From Candidatus Brocadiia bacterium (GTDB lineage: Bacteria > Planctomycetota > Brocadiia > SM23-32): a stretch of 64,000 bases of DNA. The notes below the pieces were generated by a model. It saw only the letters and a list, made by a program, of their open reading frames with translations. It was not told the DNA's origin and did not search any database. Positions 1 to 8,447 of this stretch are shown here, in pieces; the first letter of the stretch is position 1, and the number at the start of each line of letters is the position of its first letter. The position numbers and the translations under genes were made by a program. The stretch spans positions 1 to 64,000 of the forward strand of contig JBKHIT010000019.1 in NCBI GenBank assembly GCA_046538485.1, in the 5' to 3' direction.

Positions 1-99
1 AAAAAGAACCGTGTACCGTAGAACAAAGTGTCAACTTAAAGCTAGGACTTGACACCTTGTGTTAACTCTCGGAACGTGCAAGTTGCTGAAGCATACTTG

Positions 100-129
100 T
101 TGACAAAATGGTGGCGCAATAGGGATAAT
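100..129 (+). promoter_or_regulatory. sigma70-like promoter of the DUF433/DUF5615 operon
   Basis: TTGACA (100-105), 18 bp spacer, GATAAT (124-129); purine-rich RBS GGAAGGGAG before ATG 169. Confidence 0.5.
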
Positions 130-168
130 AAACTGATAGGGAAATTGAGTTTTGGAAGGGAGACGATA

Positions 169-441
169 ATGCGCCGCGAAAAATGGGAAAAAAATGTTGT
201 CATCAGTCCTGATATCCACCACGGCGATCCCTGTATCAAAGGAACACGGATACCTGTGGCCATCATTATTGGATCTCTGGCAGACGGCCTGAGTTCTGAT
301 GATATAAAAGAAGAATATCCGCAATTGACCGATACGGATATTCAGGCAGCGTTGGCCTATGCCGCCGATCTGCTGCATGAAGAAATACTTCGCCCTATTA
401 CCTTTCACATGAATTGCTATGATGAAACTCAAAGCCGATGA
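169..441 (+). CDS. DUF433-family antitoxin
   Basis: Motif ISPDIHHGDPCIKGTRIPV...LADG...I.EEYP.L...DI.AAL.YAA; start at ATG 169 after RBS. Confidence 0.9.
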   Translation: MRREKWEKNVVISPDIHHGDPCIKGTRIPVAIIIGSLADGLSSDDIKEEYPQLTDTDIQAALAYAADLLHEEILRPITFHMNCYDETQSR

Positions 442-784
442 GGATCTTCCGCGTAGGGTGCAAACGTTGCTCTCGGCGGCCGGGTATGATTGCACAAGTG
501 TGCGAGAACAGGAGCTGGGAGGATCTGAAGACGACACGTTGTGGGAGGTGGTTCAGAGCGAAGGGCGCTTTCTGATCACAGGTGATAAAGGTTTTGCCGA
601 TATCCGTTCCCATCCGCCAGGTGCGCACTATGGCGTGCTCTTGCTGAGGCCGGATGATGATGGCATCGAACCGATAATAGAACTACTGGAAGATGTTATT
701 GACGCATACAGGCTGGACGATCTGGAGGGTGCGATTACCGTAGCTACGCCCCGCGGGGTGCGAATCCGAAAGAGGGAACAGTGA
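419..784 (+). CDS. DUF5615 PIN-like (VapC45-type) toxin
   Basis: KLKADEDLP, G.EDD.LW...E.R.LITGDKGF motif; overlaps DUF433 gene (start may be 422). Confidence 0.85.
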   Translation: MMKLKADEDLPRRVQTLLSAAGYDCTSVREQELGGSEDDTLWEVVQSEGRFLITGDKGFADIRSHPPGAHYGVLLLRPDDDGIEPIIELLEDVIDAYRLDDLEGAITVATPRGVRIRKREQ

Positions 785-808
785 CGTATAGGGCGGTATC
801 CGAGTTGC

Positions 809-910
809 GGTATCGGGGTCGGACCAAGCGAAGTTGTGTCTGGTGCTGCGGATAGGAAAAAACATCCCTTATATCTGGCTTAGCCGGGGCATTTCAGGGG
901 TAAAATGGGG
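809..910 (+). repeat. ~100 bp intergenic repeat, copy 1 (copy 2 at 6955-7056)
   Basis: GGTATCGGGGTCGGACCAA.CGAAGTTGT...TGGCTTAGCCGGGGCATTTCAGGGGT shared. Confidence 0.85.
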
Positions 911-951
911 CGGCTGAGCGAGGACGGCGAACAACAGGTAAAGGCTTTGGT

Positions 952-1023
952 CCACAGATTGCACAGATTACACGGATTACCAACAACGGTAGAATTACCA
1001 CGAAGGACACGAAGGGCACCAAG
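952..1023 (+). repeat. Two triplets of 9-mer tandem repeats (CACAGATT / CACGAAG type)
   Basis: CCACAGATTGCACAGATTACACGGATT and ACCACGAAGGACACGAAGGGCACCAAG; same arrangement at 4275-4376. Confidence 0.75.
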
Positions 1024-1106
1024 AAAGAAGGCGGTTTAAAGTAAACGGAGAAACGAATTGGAGTGAGCGAAGAACCAACGGGAAACGGCACAACTGCACG
1101 AGCTTC

Positions 1107-1175
1107 AACCACGTCCACGTGCTCATCCATGCTGAGATCCAGCAGCCGGTCAGCGATATGATGCGAATGGCGGTC
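1107..1175 (+). pseudogene. Fragment of an HUH (REP-associated/IS200-like Y1) transposase
   Basis: Translates NHVHVLIHAEIQQPVSDMMRMA, resembling the PNHVHLL HUH motif; no start or Y1 tyrosine segment; surrounded by REP-like palindromes. Confidence 0.5.
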
Positions 1176-1267
1176 GGATACGCCGCGGGGTAGCAGAGCC
1201 AGAGGAAAGGTGTGCGGAACCCACTGATCCCTTCATGAATAAAACCCGGATCGCGTGCATTTGGGGG

Positions 1268-1376
1268 GATGTGTCGGAGTTTCAGCCCTCCATTTTTTCC
1301 TCATCATCACCCGGGCCTCCGCGGACTGTCAGTTCGCTTCAGCCCGGGCTGGTATATGCCGGGCCGCTGGCCCTTA
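1268..1376. repeat. REP-like palindromic cluster
   Basis: GATGTGTCGGAGTTTCAGCCCTCCATTTTTTCCTCATCAT recurs at 2649-2690; CCCGGGC...TTCAGCCCGGGCTGGTATATG..GGGCCGCTGGCCC hairpins. Confidence 0.6.
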
Positions 1377-1532
1377 AAGCGACGAATGGCAGACGCCGGT
1401 AACGACAGATGGGCACTGATTGAACGCCCCGGATGAACGTTGAACATGGAATATCGAACTCCCATCATCGAAGTGGTACGGCGAACGGCCGAGCCCCTCG
1501 AGGGACTCACCTGGAACCTGATGCTGATTTCG

Positions 1533-1732
1533 CACCTCGTGTTAACTCTCGCAACGTGCAATTTGCTGAAACCTACTTGTTCACAAAATGGTGGCGCAAT
1601 AGGGATAATAAACTGATAGGGAAATTGAGTTTTGGAAGGGAGACGATATAATACGCCGCGAAAAATGGGAAAAAACGTTGTTATGAGGTCCGTCCCTCTA
1701 TCAAAGGAACACGGATACCCGGGGCTATCATT
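1533..1732 (+). pseudogene. Degenerate duplicate of promoter and 5' end of the DUF433 gene (53-267)
   Basis: Near-identical to 53-267; -35 TTGACA changed to TTCACA, ATG lost, internal deletion, truncated. Confidence 0.85.
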
Positions 1733-1992
1733 CACACGAAGACGCAAAGCGGCCCCTGTATTTCTTCGATCACTTTCTGTATCTTTTAGAGGTGGACTTC
1801 GTTAAGACCTATTATCAGGACGTTCTATGGTGACCAAACGTAGTTTTGGAAAGATGAGTCCAGTGGGAAAGTAAGACCGATCAGTTGTCCTGGTGCTCAC
1901 GGTGTGTCTTGACTCGAATTTCGTGAGGAGTTAATCTCACCGTGAGTACAGAGGATATGTCAGAAGACTTTTGGAGAAGGGCAAAATCCAAC

Positions 1993-2211
1993 ATGATCAA
2001 CAGTAGCGAAATAGAAAAGATGTCCCGGGCGGAAAAGCTTCAGACGATGGAGGCCATCTGGACGGATCTCTCGAAAGAGGAGACCGATGTGGAATCACCG
2101 GAATGGCACAGGAGGGCCCTTGAGGAGACAGAGGCCCGGGTTGATGCGGGTGAGGAGCGGATCGCGGATTGGGAGACCGCGAAACAAGAACTGAGGGGAA
2201 GGTTCGAATGA
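1993..2211 (+). CDS. Addiction module antitoxin (TIGR02574-like)
   Basis: MS..EKL..ME.IW.DL.....ESPEWH...L; ATGA overlap with toxin; start could be upstream (1942/1957). Confidence 0.85.
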   Translation: MINSSEIEKMSRAEKLQTMEAIWTDLSKEETDVESPEWHRRALEETEARVDAGEERIADWETAKQELRGRFE

Positions 2212-2510
2212 GGATCAGGATCCTGTCCTCAGCCGTGGAGGACCTTCACGCCGGACGCCGATTCTATGAGAGGCAGGGGGAGGGGGTTGGGGAGTATTTC
2301 TTTGATTCCCTGTTCTCCGATATCGATTCGCTCACGTTATATGCCGGCATTCACAGAAAGGTTTTCGGGTACTACCGTATGCTGTCCAAACGCTTTCCCT
2401 ACGCAGTCTACTACACGATGGAGGATGGGACGGTGGTCGTGTGGCGAGTGCTTGATGTCCGGCGAGATCCGGAGAGAATTCAAGAGACGCTCGAGCGCTG
2501 CCAGGGGTAA
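2208..2510 (+). CDS. RelE/ParE-family toxin
   Basis: A.EDL..G..FYE.Q..G.G.YF..SL..DI, KRFPYAVYY, VLD.RRDP. Confidence 0.9.
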   Translation: MRIRILSSAVEDLHAGRRFYERQGEGVGEYFFDSLFSDIDSLTLYAGIHRKVFGYYRMLSKRFPYAVYYTMEDGTVVVWRVLDVRRDPERIQETLERCQG

Positions 2511-3177
2511 AGGCGCGGACCACAGCCAAGCGTTGTGGGGACACTGGGTACGACAAAAAAGGGGACAGACGACCGCTTGCTGGTGAACGGATAACAAACT
2601 GGAGATGGTTGATAGTTGAATATAGACGGGGGACCACGGACGTTGGGCGATGTGTCGGACTTTCAGCCCTCCATACTTTTTTCTCATCATTACAGGGCGC
2701 GGCGGGGACGCGGCACGTGGTTTACTGAATACTTATGTAAAAAGCACATCTAAGCCCTCTGAGCGGCCCCTTTAAAAGTTGCAAACCCATGTTCAGCAGA
2801 GAGATGTTACGGTCCGACCCCTATGGTGTCCCAAGAGCCTTTTGGCTCGTCATCCGGGTGAGGTTTCTCTTGACCAGTAAAAACGGGGTTTCACCGCCTC
2901 ATCCCGGGTGCCCGATTCCACCGGGAGAGTTTCCCCTTTCCCTGTGTTTTCCAGATTTGTCCTTGACAAACCCTCGGGGAGGGGGGATACACTGTCAGGA
3001 GGAAAGTGAAGTCGGGACTTCGCTACTTCAAATGGGCGATCTCGGCTGGCACATTTAATATGGCGGGTATCCTTGCCTGTCACCGGATTTCATTTCGCTG
3101 GTTTCCGTGGCAGCTGCAATGCGTGCTGTCGGTCCGGCCAGATTATTTTGGGTCGAATATATAGACTGCGAACGCTA

Positions 3178-4056
3178 ATGGATATCAGTATTGTTAAAAG
3201 CACAGCGCAGGCGAAAAAGGGATTTACGCTCATTGAATTGCTGGTGGTTATTGCGATCATTGCCATTCTTGCTGCAATGCTCATGCCTGCGCTCGAATCG
3301 GCGCGGGATGCCGCGCGGCGAGTGGCTTGTGCAAGCCAGTTGCACCAGTGGTACATTGGAACGACGCTTTACGCCGGTGATTACAACGACATTCTGCCTA
3401 AAGCAACACTGAATAGCCGCACTTATGGTCTGGCGAGTCATAGTCCTTTGCGCTATTTTCTGCGCGACTACTTGAAAGTGCCGATTCCGGTCGGGAGTAG
3501 CAAATACGCGGGATGCGAAGACTATCACAATCTTGCGTACTGTCCTGCGATGGATCTTGTGATGAAGGCGGGCGATCATTGTTGGGACCATCACATCGGG
3601 TACCTGACCCCGGGGTTCAACCTTTTCCCCGGGCCTCCATTCGGTAACGCGCGTCTGACGGAGGTGGCTGACGGAGGACGCGGTTACAATGCCGGACACG
3701 GACCGATTGCGCTCATCATGGATTGCACGAATCTGGATGCTTCTATGTTCCCGGGCGGTAGCAGCCTGGTCTGGGCGGAGGGGAACAATCACCATTATTC
3801 TGGTGGCAATGTTGTCAGCGGGGCCGGAGACTGCAAGTGGGTTATCCGCGAAGGATGGGCGGAAGTCTACAGCTACACAGGGTTTGCGAAACCTTGGGAT
3901 TACTATTGCTACGCGCGGTACAGTTTTCAAACGGATCCTACTGAACCGTATTACGGGAGACTGGCTGTTAATTACCCCGGCGTACCTCGTCCGCAGGGAC
4001 TCAACCATCAGCCGCAGATGTGGCCCGTGAATCGGCGCATGTTTGGCTACCAGTAA
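3178..4056 (+). CDS. Prepilin-type N-terminal cleavage/methylation protein, DUF1559-like
   Basis: [43 protein letters not shown]-terminal H-X9-(D>A)G variant [12 protein letters not shown]. Confidence 0.9.
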   Translation: MDISIVKSTAQAKKGFTLIELLVVIAIIAILAAMLMPALESARDAARRVACASQLHQWYIGTTLYAGDYNDILPKATLNSRTYGLASHSPLRYFLRDYLKVPIPVGSSKYAGCEDYHNLAYCPAMDLVMKAGDHCWDHHIGYLTPGFNLFPGPPFGNARLTEVADGGRGYNAGHGPIALIMDCTNLDASMFPGGSSLVWAEGNNHHYSGGNVVSGAGDCKWVIREGWAEVYSYTGFAKPWDYYCYARYSFQTDPTEPYYGRLAVNYPGVPRPQGLNHQPQMWPVNRRMFGYQ

Positions 4057-4170
4057 CGATCCAAACGCGCTCGTTGTGTTATCAGAGGGAAGATCACGGA
4101 AATTGCGGGATGCTCATTGTTCGCAAAAGTTAGATTCATGTTCAAAACGGAGAAGGGGACGTACCGTTGC

Positions 4171-4376
4171 AAAGTGTTGTGACGACACTGGATGCGACAA
4201 AAAGACCCCTCTATATGACCGTTAGAACGGGTTTTCGGGGGGTGTTTTCGGCGGCTAAGGGGTACGGCATCTGTACCACAGAGAGCACAGAGGACACAGA
4301 GCCACGGCTGGGGATGGGGTGACGGCCGGGCGGCAACGGCAGAGGGCCTACCACGAAGGGCACGAAGAGCACGAAG
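4171..4376 (+). repeat. Diverged compound intergenic repeat (site plus two 9-mer triplets)
   Basis: AAAGTGTTGTGACGACACTGGATGCGACAAAAAG closely matches 2528-2560 and loosely matches 831-915; followed by CACAGAG and CACGAAG triplets. Confidence 0.6.
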
Positions 4377-4735
4377 GACGGCGGTTGTCTGTGATGGGGG
4401 GCGGACGGGGAGGCTCCGGCACGACGCAGGGCTGAACCTGGCAAAGTTGGGCATAATCTTAAAATCCCGGAGGTTGCGCCGAGGGATATATGAGGGGTCG
4501 AAAATGTACAACACAATCACATGAACGCATCACAACCTGAGGCCCCTGCACCGCCCCGCTGGGGCTTGGGAATGTATGGAATGCCCGGTATCCCGGGGTT
4601 TACTCGGACGACGGGCGCACGGCAGTGAACTGATAACGGTCTGGAGGCCGGTTAACTGGTTAGCGGCATGAACGCTACCGCACCACATCTCGACTCTACG
4701 AATCGTATTGCGCTCCGGTTAGCTCCTACTCATCA

Positions 4736-5293
4736 TCAATCAAATGGGTCAATCACAAAACCATCGCCCCGCATCCTTTGCTGTTTCCCTTTTTGAATGT
4801 GTTTTTGATAGAAGCCCTCACGACATTTGTCATCTGCGCTACCCGGGAGATTGAAACCACATTCTGAAAGCATGCTTTCCACCGAGATCCCTGACTCCGT
4901 CTTACCCATCAACGCAAGACGCTCTATGGCAGCTCCATCCGTTGAACAAAACTGATATCCTTCGCACTGGCCTGAGAATATGAGAGCAAGTGCTTCAGCT
5001 TCCCCAGGATCGGTCCAACGGACTACCGGCTGTGTAAATACTTGCCCGAGAATTTCCGAGACGGGCTGCTCACTTGCAATCACAGTGAGATCCCCATCTT
5101 CTATTGCCCCTTCCAGATCAATCAACTCTGCCCAGCCGTCAGCGCCGACGTAATATTCAGCCTCTTCGACCACATACGAGGGCACAGCCATTTCTGTACA
5201 AGCAATTATCCTTTCCCACCAGCCGATTTTGCAGATGTCGATTATGGCACAGGCGTCAATCAGCACATAGGGTCTTGTTGTAGTCGAGTTCAT
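4736..5293 (-). CDS. PIN-like domain protein, putative toxin
   Basis: VLIDACAIID, V.EE, DPGEAEALAL, STDGAA acidic PIN signature; overlaps upstream gene by 38 nt. Confidence 0.75.
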   Translation of the reverse strand: MNSTTTRPYVLIDACAIIDICKIGWWERIIACTEMAVPSYVVEEAEYYVGADGWAELIDLEGAIEDGDLTVIASEQPVSEILGQVFTQPVVRWTDPGEAEALALIFSGQCEGYQFCSTDGAAIERLALMGKTESGISVESMLSECGFNLPGSADDKCREGFYQKHIQKGKQQRMRGDGFVIDPFD

Positions 5294-6386
5294 TGTGGAG
5301 ACAATATTCCTCTAATTTATCCGGTAATCTGAGTAGGTCCGTTTCTAAAAATTCTGCCAACCTGGCCCTACTCAACTTACCTTCTTTGTGGGCGAAGAAC
5401 GCTGTTCTGGCGAAACGTTCCGGCAATTCAGGTGGTTGCCACCATTTCGACGGCATAGACATTCGGTCTAGCGATCTAAACTCTTCGTCGTTGAGCAAAT
5501 CATCTATCGCCTTCCGACTCAATCTCCCCAAAGAATGCAGGCGATACAGAAGAGCTTCAGTCGACACCTCAAATTCTCTGGCAATGTTAACAAGCGTTTT
5601 GTAGGAAATCTCCCCGTCCTCGACATTTTTGTCGAAAATTCCTCCAACTTCCTCCGAGGGTAACAGCAGGGCGGCCGCAAACGCATTCGCACAGGATTCT
5701 AACAGTTCTTTGTTCTCCTCTGCACCGTTTTCTAAAATACTGCAGGTATCCGACCAGGTGACGAGATGGAAAAGCTCATGTGCAAAATCCCAATTGCGCC
5801 TCCACGGTGCCTCAGTTGCATTGACTAAAATCCCTTTTCCAAACTCTGCATTTGCACAGGCGCTAGAACCTTCAGAACCCAAATCAAAATACCAGACTTT
5901 CACGTTATATTCATTCTCCAGCATTTCTGCCAGCGAGGGTCCCGGACGATCCCCCAATCCGAATTCACGGGACGCACGGCGGGCGATCGTGGACGCCTGC
6001 CTGTATGGGGCGTCTGTTATGTCAAAGGATTCTTCAAACAACGACCTGTTCTGCTGAAGTCCGACGGCTTCTTCAAGCAACTTATACTGAGAGCATTTCT
6101 TGAGAAATCTCTGCTCCGCCTCGGGAGACACGCCTGCGTTTTTTCGCCATATAACCCTTGTCTCCTGCTGCTGTTCTGCATCTTGCGCATCTGGAAGCGC
6201 CAAATCCCAGTAATCCAGATGTAGCACCCGTGCAATTCTGCCCGCTTCGGCGGCTTTGAGCTCCCGTACGCCACGTTCTATGTCACTTACAGTTTGGGCA
6301 GAAGCCAAGCCCACCTTCTCGGCGAGTTTGGCCTGCGTCAAGCCCAACTTGTCACGAGCGGTCCTGATTTTTTCCCCGATCTCCAT
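5256..6386 (-). CDS. Xre HTH plus ImmA/IrrE-family Zn metallopeptidase fusion
   Basis: N-terminal IR.AR...GLTQ..LA..VG...TVS.IE.G.R; RR.WDFAHELFH (HExxH); E..ANAFAAALLLP. Confidence 0.92.
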   Translation of the reverse strand: MEIGEKIRTARDKLGLTQAKLAEKVGLASAQTVSDIERGVRELKAAEAGRIARVLHLDYWDLALPDAQDAEQQQETRVIWRKNAGVSPEAEQRFLKKCSQYKLLEEAVGLQQNRSLFEESFDITDAPYRQASTIARRASREFGLGDRPGPSLAEMLENEYNVKVWYFDLGSEGSSACANAEFGKGILVNATEAPWRRNWDFAHELFHLVTWSDTCSILENGAEENKELLESCANAFAAALLLPSEEVGGIFDKNVEDGEISYKTLVNIAREFEVSTEALLYRLHSLGRLSRKAIDDLLNDEEFRSLDRMSMPSKWWQPPELPERFARTAFFAHKEGKLSRARLAEFLETDLLRLPDKLEEYCLHNELDYNKTLCAD

Positions 6387-6447
6387 ATAATCTCCCTCCG
6401 GAAAAGGTATTCAAGATAATCTCGGATGACAACTGCCTAATAATCTG

Positions 6448-6476
6448 ATACTAACGAATATCGTTAGTCCTGTCAA
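6448..6476 (-). promoter_or_regulatory. sigma70 promoter with palindromic operator
   Basis: Minus strand TTGACA (6476-6471), 17 bp, TAGTAT (6453-6448); perfect IR ACTAACGA-ata-TCGTTAGT (6450-6468) covers spacer and -10. Confidence 0.7.
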
Positions 6477-6534
6477 CGCCGTTTGCGCTGGGGAGCGGTG
6501 GGGATGCAGAGGACGGCAAGTTGTTAGCTACCTT

Positions 6535-6888
6535 TTGAACATCAGAACGGCAGATGAGTTGCGCATTCACAATATGCGTGGACCCGTTTTTGAAACATAC
6601 GTCATTTCGGAAATCTACAAACAGATCCAGAACCGGGGGAAGGATAGCAGCATTTACTTCTGGCGCGACAGTAATGATCGGGAGATCGATCTCCTCATCG
6701 ACACGGGCCCCACACCAATGCCCGTGGAAATCAAATCGGCCAGGACGATTAACTCAGAATTTTTCGACATTTTCAGCTACTGGCGTAATGTGACCGGCAA
6801 TCCCGATGGTGGGGGCGTTCTTGTTTATGGGGGAGATGAGGAATATATGCGTGATGGGGTTCACGTGCTTCCGGCGGCGGGCCTGTGA
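6535..6888 (+). pseudogene. C-terminal DUF4143 fragment of an AAA+ ATPase
   Basis: RG..FET.V.SEI.K, YFWRDS...EIDL.I, P.EIKS; ATPase N-terminus absent, no clear RBS/ATG. Confidence 0.75.
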
Positions 6889-6954
6889 TAGGGATCTGAC
6901 CTGTGAATCTCGAACTGGCTGGCTTCCGACTGCCGATATCATCGGCTCTCACCG

Positions 6955-7056
6955 GGTATCGGGGTCGGACCAACCGAAGTTGTTTTTGGTGCAGGAGTTA
7001 CGGTAAAATACCCCGCATATATGGCTTAGCCGGGGCATTTCAGGGGTGAAAAGGGG
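6955..7056 (+). repeat. ~100 bp intergenic repeat, copy 2
   Basis: Direct repeat of 809-910. Confidence 0.85.
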
Positions 7057-7132
7057 ACACGTAAAAGCCGCCTCTCAGAGGCCTTTACCCGCGATCGTCC
7101 TTGAGGCGGACAAGTTTGGGGGAGCGGGTTAA

Positions 7133-8377
7133 TTAAGTTTGCGCAATCTGCTGCAGTTCTTCCTGGAGGTTATTTACATACCCGGTCAGACTGAATTCTT
7201 GTGTGATTCTTTCATTAGCCTTCGCGCTCATTCGGCGATAGTCATCGGCGTCACGGCAGACTTGCCGTACGGCCTGTGCCATATGTTCGGGGTTGCACAG
7301 ACGGGGCGCTGCAAGATCGTCCGCTGCTGGATCATAGAAGAAGCGGGGCATACCTCCCTGGCTCCCTCCCATGTCAACGTAGCTCTCAACCGCGAGCGCG
7401 GGCGGCACAAGCCGACCTGTTTCACTATCCATCACGACCTCGGGAATGCCGTCTACTGCCGCGGCGACGACAGGGCAGCCGTAGAAGGACGCTTCAATTA
7501 CAACGTTGCCGAGGGGTTCACGGACCGAGGGGCAGACTAACACATTGATTCGTGAGTAGAGCGCAGGCATATTTTCAACAGGCCCGCAGAAACGGACGTA
7601 GTCCGAAAGGCCGAGTCTTGCGGCGGTTTTACGCATTTTCTCCTCTTCTGGTCCCGAACCGGCCACGAGAAGCTCAAACCGCTCGGAGGTCTCGCGCAGG
7701 GCGGCCAGGACGTGTAGCAGAAGCACCGGCGCCTTATGGGGAATAAGACGACCGGCAAAACCAATCCGCAAAGGGCCGTCGAGGGGTAGTTCTTGTGGGA
7801 TGTGTCCCCGGTCCGGAGCGGGAAGCCGGACACCGTTTCGACACACTCGGGCTAATCCTGTTGGGCAATCCCATGCCAGTTCAAGCACGCGCTGCGTCGC
7901 GTATGAGTTGCAAATGACTCCTTCCATACGATCAAAATAGTTCGCGACCTCCTCAACATTGTGATCGGTCCAGGCCCCCCCGTGCTCGTAATGAATTTTT
8001 TTAGCCGTGGGACAGGCATGTGCGGCACCCCGCAGAAGGGAAAGGTTGCCCAATGAGTTGTAGATCAAAAAGATGTCCGGTTGGACACGGCTGACACTGG
8101 AACGAAGATGCGATCGTCTGAGAAATCTGGGGCGACGAGGTAGCTTGAACGGACCAAGATATTTGACATGGCTGACAGATGCGGCGTACTTGGCGAGGCG
8201 GTCTCGAAACCATGGATGCGCACGACCCCTGGTCAACAAAACATGGTTTTCGAGATTGCCCCCCTGCGATGCCTCCAGCCAATCACAGAAGAGAGTTTCA
8301 ACTCCTCCAGGATAGTCCAAAGCGATCACGTGGAGAGTTTTGATTTGGAGCATGTTTGGTCCCGCCTTTTTTGGCAT
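7133..8377 (-). CDS. GT4 glycosyltransferase
   Basis: GFAGRL..HK, PS.REPLGNVVIEA...G.PVVA..V.GIPEVV. Confidence 0.9.
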   Translation of the reverse strand: MPKKAGPNMLQIKTLHVIALDYPGGVETLFCDWLEASQGGNLENHVLLTRGRAHPWFRDRLAKYAASVSHVKYLGPFKLPRRPRFLRRSHLRSSVSRVQPDIFLIYNSLGNLSLLRGAAHACPTAKKIHYEHGGAWTDHNVEEVANYFDRMEGVICNSYATQRVLELAWDCPTGLARVCRNGVRLPAPDRGHIPQELPLDGPLRIGFAGRLIPHKAPVLLLHVLAALRETSERFELLVAGSGPEEEKMRKTAARLGLSDYVRFCGPVENMPALYSRINVLVCPSVREPLGNVVIEASFYGCPVVAAAVDGIPEVVMDSETGRLVPPALAVESYVDMGGSQGGMPRFFYDPAADDLAAPRLCNPEHMAQAVRQVCRDADDYRRMSAKANERITQEFSLTGYVNNLQEELQQIAQT

Positions 8378-8447
8378 ACGACAGAGTTTATATGAGGAAC
8401 GTCTGCTTGAGCGGAAAGGGGCTCAATTTCACCGGTTGCGTTATAGC

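Noticed and set aside
1307..1747. Minus-strand ORFs 31-537 and 1307-1747 as paralogous proteins
   Set aside because: Their shared peptide is just the antisense of the duplicated promoter segment.
2963..2993. Promoter TTGACA...TACACT for the DUF1559-like gene
   Set aside because: 19 bp spacing; not supported well enough to list.
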